Source: Candidatus Latescibacterota bacterium
GTDB lineage: Bacteria > Latescibacterota > UBA2968 > UBA8231
Reading direction: 5' to 3'
Assembly (NCBI GenBank): GCA_965223905.1
Contig: CBDCXV010000009.1
Span: 672,001 to 736,000, forward strand
DNA length: 64,000 bases
Shown here piece by piece: positions 27,419 through 39,100 of this stretch. The position numbers and the translations under genes were made by a program. Each line of letters starts with the position of its first letter. Positions within the stretch are counted from its first letter, which is position 1. A model generated the notes under the pieces. That model had not been told where the DNA came from. It worked only from the letters and a program-made list of their open reading frames with translations, and did no database searches.

Positions 27419-30400
27419 TCAGGCGCCCGGGGCAGCCCCCTTGGCGTTCGGCGCTTCCGTGAGCCAGGGCTTCTCCGGCTCGATCAGCGTTCCCACCGCC
27501 TTCAGCAGCTCGTCCGACGGATCGACCCGCAGCGACCGCGAGCGCACCACCGCGTCCTTGCCCCCCCCGTTCCTCAGGTGAATGAGCAGCTCACAGTTCC
27601 CGGTGTGCTGGTCGACCAGCCGGCGCAGGCGCTGCAGCAGGTCCGAGCTGCTTTCGTCGTCGAGCTTGAGGACGAAGTTCACCGCCTTCGTCAGTTTCTG
27701 CCGCGCCTCGCCGAGGGGGATCAGCGACTCGGCCTGGAGGCCGATGTTGCCGTTGCGGCGCGACACGCGGCCTTCGGCGAGGACCGCCTGTCCCTGCTCG
27801 ATCAGGGAGCGGAACCGGGTGTAGGCGTCGGAGAAGAAGACGGCGTCGGTCTTGCCGCCCTGGTCCTCGATGGTGGCGAAGGCGATGCTCTGGCCGCGGC
27901 GGTCCGTCGAGGTGCTGACGCGGGTGATGAGGCCTCCGATGCGCACGGAAGCGCCGTCCGCGTAGCGTTCGAGCTCCCCGATCGGGGTGGCGAAATAACG
28001 AAGGTCCCCGGCGTGCTGGTTGAGCGGGTGGCTGGAGACGTAGAACCCCAGCAGCTCCCGCTCCCGTTCGAGGCGTTCCGACTGGCTCCACGGCGCGGTT
28101 TCCGGCAGCGACGGTTTGTCGACCTGTGCCACCACCTCTTCGGCCTCGTCGAAGAGACTTCGCTGGCCGCGCAGCCTCTGCTCGTTGGCGATCTGGGCGT
28201 TCCTCAGCACCAGGTCCAGGCCCTCCAGCATCCGGGCGCGGTGCGTTCCCGGGCGGTCGACGGCGCCGGCGGCGATCAGGCTCTCGATCACCCGCCTGTT
28301 GACCGCCTTGAGGTCGAGGCGCTGACAGAGATCGAACAGGTCTGCGAAGGCCCCCCCGTCGGCCCGAGCCTCGACGATCGCCTGCGCCGCCCCTTCGCCG
28401 ACGTTCTTGACCGCGGCGAGACCGAAGCGGATACCCTCCGGGGTCGGTGTGAAGTTGACGGCGCTCTTGTCGACGTCGGGGGCCAGCACCGGCAGGTCCA
28501 TGTTACGGCACTCCTCCAGCAGCACGGTCAGCCGATCGGTGTTGGTGCGGTCCGTGGTCAGGCTGGCGGCCATGTACTCCCTCGGATGGTGGGCCTTGAG
28601 GTAGGCGTTCTTGCAGGCCACCTCGGAATAGCAGGCCGAGTGCGACTTGTTGAACCCGTACCCGGAAAACACCTCGATATCGTCCCACACCTTCCCGGCG
28701 ACCTTCTGCGGCACGCCGTTGCCCTGCGCCCCTTCGAGGAAGTCGTGGCGGTATTTCTCCATGACGTCGGCGAGCTTCTTGCCCATCGCCTTGCGGATGC
28801 CGTCGGCCTGGCCGAGGGTGAAGCCGGCCATGTCGCGGGCGATGCGCTGCACCTGCTCCTGGTAGGTGATGACCCCGTAGGTCTCCTCGAGGATCGGCTC
28901 GAGCAGCGCGTGGTCGTACTCGACCGCCTGCTTCCCCTGCTTGCGGGCGATGAAGTCCGGGATGCGCTGCATCGGTCCGGGGCGGTAGAGCGCGTTCATG
29001 GCGATCACGTCCTCGATCTTGTCCGGCTTGAGCTGCACGAGGTACTCGCGCATGCCGGCGCTCTCGAACTGGAACACCCCGATGGTGTCTCCCCTGCTGA
29101 ACAGGTCGAAGGTCTCCGCGTCGTCCCAGGGGATCGCCGAGAGGTCGAAGCCGGGCTGGTGCAGGCGGATCAGGCGCACCGCCTCGTCCATCAGCGACAG
29201 CTCCTTGAGTCCGAGGATGTCCATCTTGAGGAGGCCGACGGACATGCAGGTCTCGCCGTCGAACTGGGTGGTGACGGTGCCGTCCTTGGGAGCGCGGTAG
29301 AGGGGCACGAAATCGGTCAGCTCCGAGGGGGCGATGATGACGGCGCAGGCGTGGACGGAGGCGTGGCGAGCCATGCCCTCGAGCTTGCGGGAATACTCGA
29401 TCAGCCTGCCCTCCTCGCCCGGCGCCCCGGCGAGCTGCTGCAGCTCCGGGACCCGTTCGATGGCGCTGTCGAGGGTGATCTTGAGCTCGTTCGGGATCAG
29501 CTTGGCGATGCCGTCGACCTCCCCGAAGGGCATACCGAGAACGCGGCCGACGTCGCGCACCACCGCCTTGGCCCCCATCGTTCCGAAGGTGATCACCTGA
29601 GAGACGTTGGCCTCGCCGTACTTCTCGACGATGTAGCGGACGACCCTGTCGCGGCCCGTATCGGCGAAGTCGATGTCGATGTCGGGCGGTTCGATGCGCT
29701 CGGGATTGAGGAAGCGCTCGAACAGCAGGCCGAACTTCATCGGATCGGTGTCGGTGATCTCCAGGCAGTAGGAGACCAGGGAGCCGGAGGCGGAGCCGCG
29801 GCCGGGGCCGACGGAGATCCCGCTCCTGCGGGCGAAATTGACGATGTCCCAGACGATGAGGAAGTAGCCGGCGAACCCCTCCTTGGTCAGCAGGTCGAGC
29901 TCGTAGTCGAGCCGTTTCTCCAGGCCGGGATCGGGTTTGCCGTAGCGTTTCTCGAGCCCTTCCCGGGCGAGCCGGGTCAGGTAATCCCCGCTGCTCTCGT
30001 ATCCTTCGGGAATCGGGAAGTCCGGCATGTGGGATTCCCCGAAATCGAGCTCGAGGTCGCATTTGTCGGCGATCTCGACCGTCTTCTCCAGGGCGTCCGG
30101 CAGGTCGTTGAACAGCTCCTGCATCTGCGCTGGGCTTTTCATGAACAGCCCGTCGGCGTAGCAGAGGCGGTTGTCGTCGTCGACGGTCTTGCCGGTCTGG
30201 ATGCAGATCAGGGCGTCGTGGGCATCGTGGTCGTCGGCGCGGAGGAAGTGGAAGTCGTTGGTCGCGACCAGGGGCACCCCCAGCTTCCGGTGCAGCTCGA
30301 GCAGGCCCTCGTTGACCTTGGCCTCGGCGGGGATGCCATGGCGCTGGATCTCGAGGTAGTAGTCGTCACCGAAGTGGTCGGCGAACCAGCGCGCCGACTT

Positions 30401-30880
30401 TTCGGCCGCGGCGAGGCCATCGTTCTGCAGCAGGTGCGGGATCTCGCCGCTGACGCAGCCGGAAAGGCAGATCAGGCCTTCGCAATGTCCGGCGAGCAGC
30501 TCCCGGTCGATGCGCGGGAAGTAGTAGAAGCCCTCGAGATACGCTTTCGATACCAGCTTGACGAGGTTGCGGTAGCCGCTGCGGTTCCTGGCGAGGAGGA
30601 CGAGGTGGTTGGAGGCGTGGCTCAGCCCTTTCGCCGCCTTGCGGTCGTGGCGGCTGCCGAGGGCGACGTACACCTCGCAGCCGATGATCGGCTTGACGCC
30701 GATCTCCCGGCAGGCCCGGTAATGCTCGATGGCGCCGAACAGGTTGCCGTGGTCGGTGACCGCCAGCGCCGGCATCTCCAGCTCGGCGGCCAGGGCGGCC
30801 ATGTCGCCGATGCGGCAGCCGCCGTCGAGAAGGCTGTACTCGCTGTGGCCGTGAAGGTGGACGAATTCAGCTTGGGCCAT
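27419..30880 (-). CDS. dnaE: DNA polymerase III subunit alpha
   Basis: FVHLHGHSEYSLLDG, GPGRGSA, FERFLNPER, PDIDIDF, LLKMDILGL, GFNKSH, OB fold; ATG 30880 with GGAGG RBS. Confidence 0.97.
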   Translation of the reverse strand: MAQAEFVHLHGHSEYSLLDGGCRIGDMAALAAELEMPALAVTDHGNLFGAIEHYRACREIGVKPIIGCEVYVALGSRHDRKAAKGLSHASNHLVLLARNRSGYRNLVKLVSKAYLEGFYYFPRIDRELLAGHCEGLICLSGCVSGEIPHLLQNDGLAAAEKSARWFADHFGDDYYLEIQRHGIPAEAKVNEGLLELHRKLGVPLVATNDFHFLRADDHDAHDALICIQTGKTVDDDNRLCYADGLFMKSPAQMQELFNDLPDALEKTVEIADKCDLELDFGESHMPDFPIPEGYESSGDYLTRLAREGLEKRYGKPDPGLEKRLDYELDLLTKEGFAGYFLIVWDIVNFARRSGISVGPGRGSASGSLVSYCLEITDTDPMKFGLLFERFLNPERIEPPDIDIDFADTGRDRVVRYIVEKYGEANVSQVITFGTMGAKAVVRDVGRVLGMPFGEVDGIAKLIPNELKITLDSAIERVPELQQLAGAPGEEGRLIEYSRKLEGMARHASVHACAVIIAPSELTDFVPLYRAPKDGTVTTQFDGETCMSVGLLKMDILGLKELSLMDEAVRLIRLHQPGFDLSAIPWDDAETFDLFSRGDTIGVFQFESAGMREYLVQLKPDKIEDVIAMNALYRPGPMQRIPDFIARKQGKQAVEYDHALLEPILEETYGVITYQEQVQRIARDMAGFTLGQADGIRKAMGKKLADVMEKYRHDFLEGAQGNGVPQKVAGKVWDDIEVFSGYGFNKSHSACYSEVACKNAYLKAHHPREYMAASLTTDRTNTDRLTVLLEECRNMDLPVLAPDVDKSAVNFTPTPEGIRFGLAAVKNVGEGAAQAIVEARADGGAFADLFDLCQRLDLKAVNRRVIESLIAAGAVDRPGTHRARMLEGLDLVLRNAQIANEQRLRGQRSLFDEAEEVVAQVDKPSLPETAPWSQSERLERERELLGFYVSSHPLNQHAGDLRYFATPIGELERYADGASVRIGGLITRVSTSTDRRGQSIAFATIEDQGGKTDAVFFSDAYTRFRSLIEQGQAVLAEGRVSRRNGNIGLQAESLIPLGEARQKLTKAVNFVLKLDDESSSDLLQRLRRLVDQHTGNCELLIHLRNGGGKDAVVRSRSLRVDPSDELLKAVGTLIEPEKPWLTEAPNAKGAAPGA

Positions 30881-31094
30881 GAAGAAACTACCTCCGGACG
30901 GGGAGCCGCGGTGAGAGAAGGCCGGCGGACAAGGAACCCGGCACCAGCTGCCGGACCGCCGGGGAAACCGGAAGAACCGGAGAGGGAATCGCAACGGCGG
31001 TCGCGGAAAGGGAGGGCTGCTGCCGGTCCTGGGGGCGCCTGGAGGGAAACCGCGGAAACGCGGAATCCTGCGCCTGCAAGGCCTTCGAGGCGCT

Positions 31095-31123
31095 AACGTA
31101 TCAAGGCCCTTCCGGTGCGTCAA
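31095..31123 (-). promoter_or_regulatory. Sigma70-like promoter upstream of dnaE
   Basis: TTGACG-N17-TACGTT on the minus strand. Confidence 0.55.
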
Positions 31124-31291
31124 TCAGGCCGTTTCCCCAAGCGGGGAATCGCCCTGACCGGGGTGCCCAAAACCGGTTCCTGGCCGTATCATCTATAAAT
31201 GGTTCTGAACGTATCCCTCTGATAATTTTGCCGCCGAGGGCCGTCTGGGGCTCCCGCCCAGCCCCTGGCCCGGACAACGATTGGCAAACCC

Positions 31292-32395
31292 TTGAAGCCC
31301 GTACTCGTCGCCGGGACGCGACCCAATTTCGTCAAGATCGCGCCCCTGGCAGCGGCCCTGCGCCGCTACCCGCAAGAATTCACTCCCGTCGTCGTGCACA
31401 CGGGCCAGCACTACGACTACAACATGTCCGAGGTTTTCTTCAGCGACCTCGAGATGCCGCGGCCGGACCATTTCCTGCAGGCGCGGACCGGCTCCGGGGC
31501 CTCGCGGGTAGCGGACATCATCGCCAGGTTCGACCAGGTCCTGCAACGGGAACAACCGGATCTCGTGATCGTCGTAGGTGACGTCGCCGGCACCCTGGCA
31601 TGCGCCATGGCGGCCGCGGTCAGCGACATCCCGCTCGCCCACGTCGAGGCGGGGCTGCGCTGCGGAGACCGGCGCCTGCCGGAGGAGATCCACCGCGTGG
31701 CGACTGACGCCGCCGCGGACCTGCACTACACCTACTCCGAGGATGCCGACGCCAACCTGCTCGCCGAGAACGTTCCGGCGCGCTGCATTCACCGGGTCGG
31801 CAACCTGATGATCGACACCCTGCGCAGGCTGCAGCCCAGGGCGGCGCAGTCGAGCATCCTTTCCGACCTGGGGGTTGCCCCGGGGGAGTACGGGGTGGTC
31901 ACCCTGCACCGCCAGGCCAACGTCGACGCGGCCGCCCCCCTGGAAGGGATCCTGGGCGCCCTGGTCGAGATCCAGCGGCGTCTCCCCCTGGTGTTTCCCG
32001 TGCATCCGCGCACCCGCAACAACCTGCGCCGCTTCGGTCTCGAGGGACTGGTCGCCGCAGCCGGGAACCTGCGTCTCGTCGAGCCGCTCGGTTATCTCGA
32101 CATGCTGCACCTGCTCTCATCCTCCGCCATCGCCCTGGTGGACTCTGGCGGCATTCAGGAGGAGACCACCGTGCTCGGCGTCCCCTGCCTGACCCTCAGG
32201 GAATCGACCGAGAGGCCGATCACCCTCACCCAGGGAACCAACAGGCTGACGGGAATCGCAACCGGGCGTATCGTCGAGGAGGCGGGGCGGGTCCTCGACG
32301 GCGAGGCCCCGCAAGGGAGCATACCCGACCTCTGGGACGGTCGCAGCGCCGAGCGCCTGGTCGCGCACCTGCGGCGGCCGCTCGAGCGCAGATGA
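31292..32395 (+). CDS. wecB: UDP-N-acetylglucosamine 2-epimerase (non-hydrolysing)
   Basis: [36 protein letters not shown]. Confidence 0.93.
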   Translation: MKPVLVAGTRPNFVKIAPLAAALRRYPQEFTPVVVHTGQHYDYNMSEVFFSDLEMPRPDHFLQARTGSGASRVADIIARFDQVLQREQPDLVIVVGDVAGTLACAMAAAVSDIPLAHVEAGLRCGDRRLPEEIHRVATDAAADLHYTYSEDADANLLAENVPARCIHRVGNLMIDTLRRLQPRAAQSSILSDLGVAPGEYGVVTLHRQANVDAAAPLEGILGALVEIQRRLPLVFPVHPRTRNNLRRFGLEGLVAAAGNLRLVEPLGYLDMLHLLSSSAIALVDSGGIQEETTVLGVPCLTLRESTERPITLTQGTNRLTGIATGRIVEEAGRVLDGEAPQGSIPDLWDGRSAERLVAHLRRPLERR

Positions 32396-32426
32396 CGCCG
32401 GCGACGGAAAGCGAACGGAGCGCCGA

Positions 32427-33359
32427 ATGAGAGTGCTGATAACGGGAGGGGCCGGTTTCATCGGCTCCCATCTTTGCGACCTCTTCCTGGCGGAAGGCTG
32501 CGAGGTGATCTGCATGGACAACCTGCTGACCGGCAGGCTGGAGAACATCGCCGGGCATTTCGACGATCCCAGGTTTCGCTTCGCCCGCTACGACGTGACC
32601 GAGTACCTCGACGTCGACGGGGACCTCGACTACATCCTGCATTTCGCCAGCCCGGCCAGTCCCGCCGACTTCGAGGAACTGGGGATCCGCATCCTCAAGG
32701 TCGGCGCCCTCGGGACCCACAAGACCCTCGGCCTGGCGCGGGCCAAGGGGGCGAGGTTCCTTCTGGCCTCGACCTCAGAGGTCTACGGCGACCCCCTCGT
32801 CCACCCGCAGAGCGAGGAGTACCGGGGCAACGTGAACTGCATCGGCATCCGCGGCGTCTACGACGAGGCCAAGCGCTTCGCCGAGTCGATGGCGATGGCC
32901 TACAACCGCACTCACGGCATCGACGTGCGCATAGTGAGGATCTTCAACACCTACGGAGAGCGCATGCGCAGGAACGACGGCCGCGCCGTCCCCAACTTCA
33001 TATCCCAGGCCCTGGCCGGGGAAGACGTCACCGTGTACGGCGACGGCAGCCAGACGCGCAGCATCCAGCACGTCAGCGACCTCGTAGCCGGGATTCGCGC
33101 CCTGATGCGGTCGGACGTGACCACACCGGTCAACATCGGCAACCCCGCGGAGATGACGATGCGCCAGCTCGCCGGGAAGATCATCGAGCTGGCCGCTAGC
33201 GGCAGCCGCATCGCTTACCGGCCCCTGCCCGAGGACGACCCGAAAATCCGCCTGCCGGACATTACCAAGGCGCGCAGCCTGTTGAACTGGGAGCCGAAGG
33301 TCGCCCCGGACGAGGGGCTGCGGCGCACCATAGAGTGGTTTCGAAAGGAGCACTCGTGA
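32427..33359 (+). CDS. UDP-glucuronate decarboxylase family extended SDR
   Basis: [43 protein letters not shown]. Confidence 0.9.
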   Translation: MRVLITGGAGFIGSHLCDLFLAEGCEVICMDNLLTGRLENIAGHFDDPRFRFARYDVTEYLDVDGDLDYILHFASPASPADFEELGIRILKVGALGTHKTLGLARAKGARFLLASTSEVYGDPLVHPQSEEYRGNVNCIGIRGVYDEAKRFAESMAMAYNRTHGIDVRIVRIFNTYGERMRRNDGRAVPNFISQALAGEDVTVYGDGSQTRSIQHVSDLVAGIRALMRSDVTTPVNIGNPAEMTMRQLAGKIIELAASGSRIAYRPLPEDDPKIRLPDITKARSLLNWEPKVAPDEGLRRTIEWFRKEHS

Positions 33360-33478
33360 GCACTGTCGGTGGACCTTGTTTACTCCCCGGATGCGCGCCG
33401 GAGGAGAGTCTGCGAAAGGGCAGGCGCGACCGGTCCGCCAAGGTGTGCGAAGTCGCGGGGAACCGCGGCGCCCGCTTC

Positions 33479-34924
33479 ATGAGGAAGCGCGGCGGGCAGT
33501 TGCTGCTCCCGCTGTGTCTCGCCCTGGCAGTCTGCGGCTGCGCCTCGGCCCCGCCGGTGAAGACACAGGGACACGGGCTCGTATTGCCCCCTCTGTGGCA
33601 CGGGCAGGACGGGTCCGGTTCCGGCCCGGTGGACGAGCTCTGGTGGCGGCGCTACGACCCGGCGCTCAGCCGGCTGCTCTCCGAAGCGCTGCAGCACAAC
33701 CACAGTCTCGAGGCCGCGGCTTCCCGGGTAGCGGCCGCGGCTGCGCAGGGGCGCATCGCCGGCGCCCCGCAATGGCCGCAACTGGGGGCCACAGGCACCG
33801 GGTCGCGGCGGCGGCAGAACTTCGCGGGCTTTCCGCTGCCGACAGGCGGCAGGGAGGTGCTGGCGACGACCACCAACAGTTTCGGCGTCTCCCTCAACGT
33901 CAGCTGGGAGGTCGACCTGTGGGGCCGGCTGCGGGCGGGCCAGGCCGCGGCGCTCGCCGAGGTTTTGGCGAGCCGGGCCGACCTGGCGGGTGCGCGCCTG
34001 TCGCTGATCGCGCAGACCGCGCGCGCCTACTGGGCGGCGACCGAAGCCCTGAAACAGGTGGACCTGGCGGCCGCGGCGGCAGCCGACGCGCGGCTGTCGA
34101 CCGGGCAGGTCGAGGAGCGCTACCGGCGCGGCCTGCGCTCCGCCCTGGACCTGCGCCTGGCGCGGTCGAGCGAGGCGGCGGCCGAGGCCGTGCTGAGCCA
34201 GCGCCGGCACCGGCTCGATCTGCTCAAGCGGCAACTGGAGATACTCCTGGGCCGGTACCCGGCCGCCGAGATCGAGACCGGGGCGGAGCTGCCGGAGGTC
34301 GCAGATCCGATACCCCCCGGCCTGCCGGCGGATCTGCTGGCGCGGAGGCCGGACCTGGTGGCCGCGGAGCGTCGTCTCGCCGCCGCGGACGCTCGCCTCA
34401 GCGAGGCCCGCCGGGCGCTGTACCCGCGCATCAGCCTGACCGGCTCCGGCGGCCGGTCCAGCGCCGAGTTGAGGGACCTTCTCAACGGGGACTTCGGCGT
34501 CTGGAGTCTCCTGGGAAACCTGACCCAGCCGCTGCTCCAGGGCGGCCGCCTGCGCGCCGGGGTAGACCTGGCGGAGGCCAACAGGGAGCAGGCAGTGGCG
34601 GGATTCGCCCAGCAGGTGCTGCTCGCCTGCGGCGAGGTGGAGAGCGCCCTCGGGGCAGACGCCTACCTCGCTGAGCAGGAGACGGCGCTGCAGCGCGCCG
34701 CGGAGGAGGCGGCGGCGGCCCGGAGACTGGCGCGGGAGCGCTACGACCGGGGCCTGGCCGACCTGATCGCCCTGCTCGAAGCCCAGCGCCGCGCCTACGA
34801 CGCCGAGAGTCAGCTCGCCTCGGTGCGGCGGCAGCGCCTGGACAACCGCACCGATCTGCATCTCGCCCTCGGAGGGGATATCAGCGCCGCGGCCGTGTCC
34901 GAAATTCCAAGCGAGTCGAACTAA
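33479..34924 (+). CDS. RND efflux outer-membrane lipoprotein (NodT/OprM family)
   Basis: Lipobox VCGC, WWRRYDP, SWEVDLWGR, LLARRPDL, LHLALGG; start trimmed to ATG 33479. Confidence 0.92.
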   Translation: MRKRGGQLLLPLCLALAVCGCASAPPVKTQGHGLVLPPLWHGQDGSGSGPVDELWWRRYDPALSRLLSEALQHNHSLEAAASRVAAAAAQGRIAGAPQWPQLGATGTGSRRRQNFAGFPLPTGGREVLATTTNSFGVSLNVSWEVDLWGRLRAGQAAALAEVLASRADLAGARLSLIAQTARAYWAATEALKQVDLAAAAAADARLSTGQVEERYRRGLRSALDLRLARSSEAAAEAVLSQRRHRLDLLKRQLEILLGRYPAAEIETGAELPEVADPIPPGLPADLLARRPDLVAAERRLAAADARLSEARRALYPRISLTGSGGRSSAELRDLLNGDFGVWSLLGNLTQPLLQGGRLRAGVDLAEANREQAVAGFAQQVLLACGEVESALGADAYLAEQETALQRAAEEAAAARRLARERYDRGLADLIALLEAQRRAYDAESQLASVRRQRLDNRTDLHLALGGDISAAAVSEIPSESN

Positions 34925-36187
34925 GTGGAACAGACTGGACCGATGTCGAAAAAACCCACCGGATCGCGCCTGTGGCGGATCCTGATCCCGATCGCAATCG
35001 TCGCCGCCGGCGCCGGGGTGTACGCCGGGATGGTCGCCATGAAAACCCCCCCGCCCCGCCGCCCGCGCGCCCACATGGGCCCGTTGGTGGAAACCATCTC
35101 CGCGCCGGCGCAGTCGCTGCGCGTGACCGTGAAGGGGCACGGGACCGTGCGCCCCGCCGAGGAGATCGACCTGGTTCCGCAGGTCGCCGGGACCGTCGTG
35201 TGGAAATCGCCGCGGTTCGAATCGGGCGGCTTCTTCAAGCGCGGCGAGCTGCTGCTGCAGATCGATCCCAGGGAGTACCGACTCGCCGTCGAGGTCGCCC
35301 AGGCCGAGGTTGCGCAGAGCCAGTACGCCCTCGAGGTGGCGCGGGGAGAGGCCGGTGTCGCCCGCCAGGAATGGGAGCTGATCCAGGGACCCGAGGGGGA
35401 TTCGAACCCGCTGGCCCTGCACGTTCCCCAGCTGCGAGCCGCCGAGGCGAGGCTGCAGGCCGCCAGGGCGCGCGCCGAAGAGGCGCGCCTGCGGCTCGAG
35501 CGCACCGAGCTGTACGCGCCGTTCGACGGGCGGGTCGGAGAAACCCGGCTAGACCGCGGGCAGTTTGCGTTCGCGGGGCAATCCCTGGCCCGCATCCACG
35601 CCACCGGGGCGGTCGAGATCGTAGTGCCGGTAGCGGACGAGGATCTCGCCTGGATCGAGCTGCCAGTTGTCGATGGCAACGGCAGCGGGAACCGGGGCGA
35701 TCGGGCAGGGGTGGTGACCGCCATCGGCGAGGGCCGTGAGGACGCCGCCGAACCGGTCTTCCCGGGCGCCGCAATCAGCGGCCGCTACGCCGGCCGCGAG
35801 CGCCGCTGGCAGGGGGTGGTGCGCCGCATCGAAGGGGAGCTCGACCCGCGCAGCCGCCTGGCGAACCTGGTGGTCGAGGTCGCCGACCCCTATGCCGATC
35901 CGGAGGCGCCGCTGGTCGTGGGGGCGTTCGTCGACGTAGAGATCGCCGGCCGCTCCGTCGACGGGGTGCGAACGCTTCCGCGCTACGCCCTGCGCGATGA
36001 CGGCAGCATCTGGGTAGCGGCCGCGGACGGTACCTTGCGGGTGCGTCCGGCCGGCGTCGTCCACCGGCGCGGGGAAGAGGTGCTCGTCTACGCCGACCTC
36101 GAGCCCGGGGAGGAGGTCGTGGTCTCGGCGCTGCAGGGGGTCACCGACGGCATGCGCATCCGCGTCGCCGGGGAGGAACCGCGATGA
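34925..36187 (+). CDS. RND efflux periplasmic adaptor (MFP)
   Basis: N-terminal TM, PQVAGTV, GELLLQID, LYAPFDG. Confidence 0.92.
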   Translation: MEQTGPMSKKPTGSRLWRILIPIAIVAAGAGVYAGMVAMKTPPPRRPRAHMGPLVETISAPAQSLRVTVKGHGTVRPAEEIDLVPQVAGTVVWKSPRFESGGFFKRGELLLQIDPREYRLAVEVAQAEVAQSQYALEVARGEAGVARQEWELIQGPEGDSNPLALHVPQLRAAEARLQAARARAEEARLRLERTELYAPFDGRVGETRLDRGQFAFAGQSLARIHATGAVEIVVPVADEDLAWIELPVVDGNGSGNRGDRAGVVTAIGEGREDAAEPVFPGAAISGRYAGRERRWQGVVRRIEGELDPRSRLANLVVEVADPYADPEAPLVVGAFVDVEIAGRSVDGVRTLPRYALRDDGSIWVAAADGTLRVRPAGVVHRRGEEVLVYADLEPGEEVVVSALQGVTDGMRIRVAGEEPR

Positions 36188-39100
36188 GGGCCCCCGTCAC
36201 CTGGATGGCCCGCAACCACGTCGCCGCCAACCTGCTGATGTGTTTTCTCCTGCTTTCCGGGTTTCTCGGCATTGCGGGGATGCGCAAGGAGACCTTCCCC
36301 GAGTTCTCGTTCGACCAGATCCAGATACAGGTTCCCTACCTCGGCGCCAGTCCGGAAGAGGTGGAGGACGGGGTCTGCCGCCGGGTCGAGGAGCGCCTCG
36401 CCGGCCTTTCGGGAATCCGGCGCGTCCAGTCGACGGCCTCGGAGGGCATGGGAATCATCACCGCAGAGCTCGAGCAGGGGGAGGATTCCAGCCGCATCCT
36501 CGACGACATCAAGGCCGCCGTCGACCGCATCGAGACCTTCCCCGTGGAAACCGAGAAGCCGGTGGTCAAGGAGTCGGTGCGGCGCAACCAGGTGATCGAC
36601 GTGGTCGTTTACGGGGATGTGCCCGAGAAGACCCTGAAGGTCGTCGCCGAAAGGGTCCGCGACGATCTGCGCGCGACGCCCGGCATTTCCCAGGTCGAGC
36701 TCTCGGGGGTGCGCGTCGACGAGATCTCGATCGAAGTGCCCGAACGCACCCTGCGAGAGCACCGCCTGACCTTCAGCGAGATCTCCGGCGCCGTGCGGCG
36801 CGCCAGCCTCGACATGCCGGGGGGGAGCGTGCGCAGCGAGGACGGCGAGATCCTGGTGCGCACCAAGGGGTTGAAATACCGGGGCAGCGAGTACGCCGAC
36901 ATCCCCGTGCTGTCGCGGGCGGACGGCACGGAGCTGAGACTCGGGGACATAGCGACGATCGTCGACGGCTTCGAGGACGGCGACCTGATCTCCCGCTTCA
37001 ACGGCCAGCCCGCGGCCGTGGTCCAGGTGTTCCGGACCGGCGAGCAGAGCGCCCTGGAAATTTCGGAATTCGTGAAGGAATACATCGCGGAGCAGCAGGG
37101 ACACCTGCCCGCGGGGGTGGGCATCGGCTACGCCAGGGACGACGCCCGCCTGCTGCTCAGCCGCCTCGACCTGCTTCTGCGCAACGCGCAGCTCGGACTG
37201 GTGCTGGTGTTCATCTGCCTCAGCCTGTTTCTCGACCTGCGGCTCGCCTTCTGGGTGATGATGGGCATCCCGATCTCGCTGCTGGGCAGCTTTCTGCTGA
37301 TGCAGCCCTTCGACCTGTCGATCAACATGCTGTCGCTGTTCGCCTTCATCGTCTCCCTCGGAATCGTCGTCGACGACGCCATCGTCGTCGGCGAGAACAT
37401 CTTCGCCCACCGGGAGCGCGGCAAGGATTTCGTCACGGCCGCGGTCGACGGCACCCTGGAGGTCGGCAAACCAGTCGTCTTCGCGATCTTCACCAGCGTC
37501 GCCGCCTTCGCGCCCCTGGCGTTCGTCGCCGGCATGATGGGCAAGTTCATTGGGATCATTCCCATCATCGTCGTGTCCATGCTCCTGGTCTCCCTGGTCG
37601 AGGCGCTGATGATACTGCCGGCCCATCTCAGCGGCAACGGCGACGGGCCGCTGCAGCGCGTCTGGACGCGTCTGTTCCGCACCCCGCTGGGCTGGCACCG
37701 CGCCCTGCGACGCTTGGTGGACCGCAATCTCCGGCGCCTCATCGACGGCCCCTACACCCGGACGGTGCGGGCCGCGGTCGCCCGCCCGGCCACCGCAATC
37801 GCCGTCGGCCTGGCCCTGATGCTGGGAACCGCGGGAATGGTCACCGGCGGGCACATCAAGTTCACCTTCATGCCGCAAATCGATTCCGACTGGCTCATAG
37901 TTTCCCTGGCGATGCCCCAGGGCACCACCGCGGCGCAGACGGAAGCGGTGGTGAGCCGGATAGAGAAGGCTACCCTGGAAGTCCGCGACGAGTACGACGA
38001 GGCCAACCCGGGGGAGCTCTCGGTTTTCAAGCATGTCTTCACCGTCGTCGGCGACCAGCCGATGGGACGGAGATCGCAGATTGCGGCGCTGGGGCCCGGC
38101 GGCGGGCAGGGCCATCTGGCCGAGATCACCATCGAGCTCCTGCCTTCGGAGCAACGCGAGGTCGGCAGCACCGAGATAGCCGCCCGCCTGCGCGAACGGG
38201 TGGGTGAGATCCCGGGGGCGGAATCGCTGCGGTTTACGGCCTCGATATTCTCCGCCGGCAACCCCGTCGAGGTGCAGCTGTCGTCGGAGGACTTCGATCA
38301 GCTGTTGCAGGCGGTGGAGCGTCTCAAGGAGGAAGTGGCGAGCTACCCGGGCACCGGCGACATCGAAGACAGCTTTCAGGAAGGCAAGCAGGAGATGAAG
38401 CTCTCCCTTAAACCGGCCGCGCGGACCCTCGGCATCACCCTGGCCGACCTGGCGCGGCAGGTGCGACAGGGGTTTTACGGCGACCAGGCCCTGCGCGTGC
38501 AGCGGGGCAACGACGATGTCCGGGTCATGATCCGCTACCCCGCCGCGGAGCGCCGCACCCTGAACGACATCGAGAGCATGCGCATCCGCACCCCGGCCGG
38601 CGCCGAGGTGCCGTTCTCGGAGGTGGCCGAATCCTCGATCGGCTACGGGTACGCCGTCATCCGGCGGATAGAGGGGGAGCGGGTGGTCACCGTCACCGCA
38701 GACGTCGAAGAGTCGATCGCCAACGCCGAGGAGATCAACCGCGACCTCGAAACGAGGTTCCTGCCGGACCTGCTGGAGGACTACCCCGGCCTGCGCTACA
38801 GCTACGCCGGTGAGCAACGGGAGCGCGCCGACTCCTTCTCCAGCCTGGGACGCGGCTTCGTAGTCGCCATGTTCGCCATCTATGCCCTGCTGGCCGTCCC
38901 GTTCCGCTCCTACATACAGCCCCTGGTGATCATGAGCGCGATACCATTCGGGATGATGGGGGCGGTGTGGGGACATGTGCTGATGGGGCTCGACCTCGGG
39001 CTGCTCAGCGTATTCGGCATCGTCGCGCTCTCGGGAGTGGTCGTCAACGACTCCCTCATCCTGCTGAGCTTCTACAACCAGCTGCGCGACCAGGGGGTCG

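Noticed and set aside
26843-31096. 1417-aa plus-strand ORF
   Set aside because: Antisense shadow of dnaE and the TlpA gene
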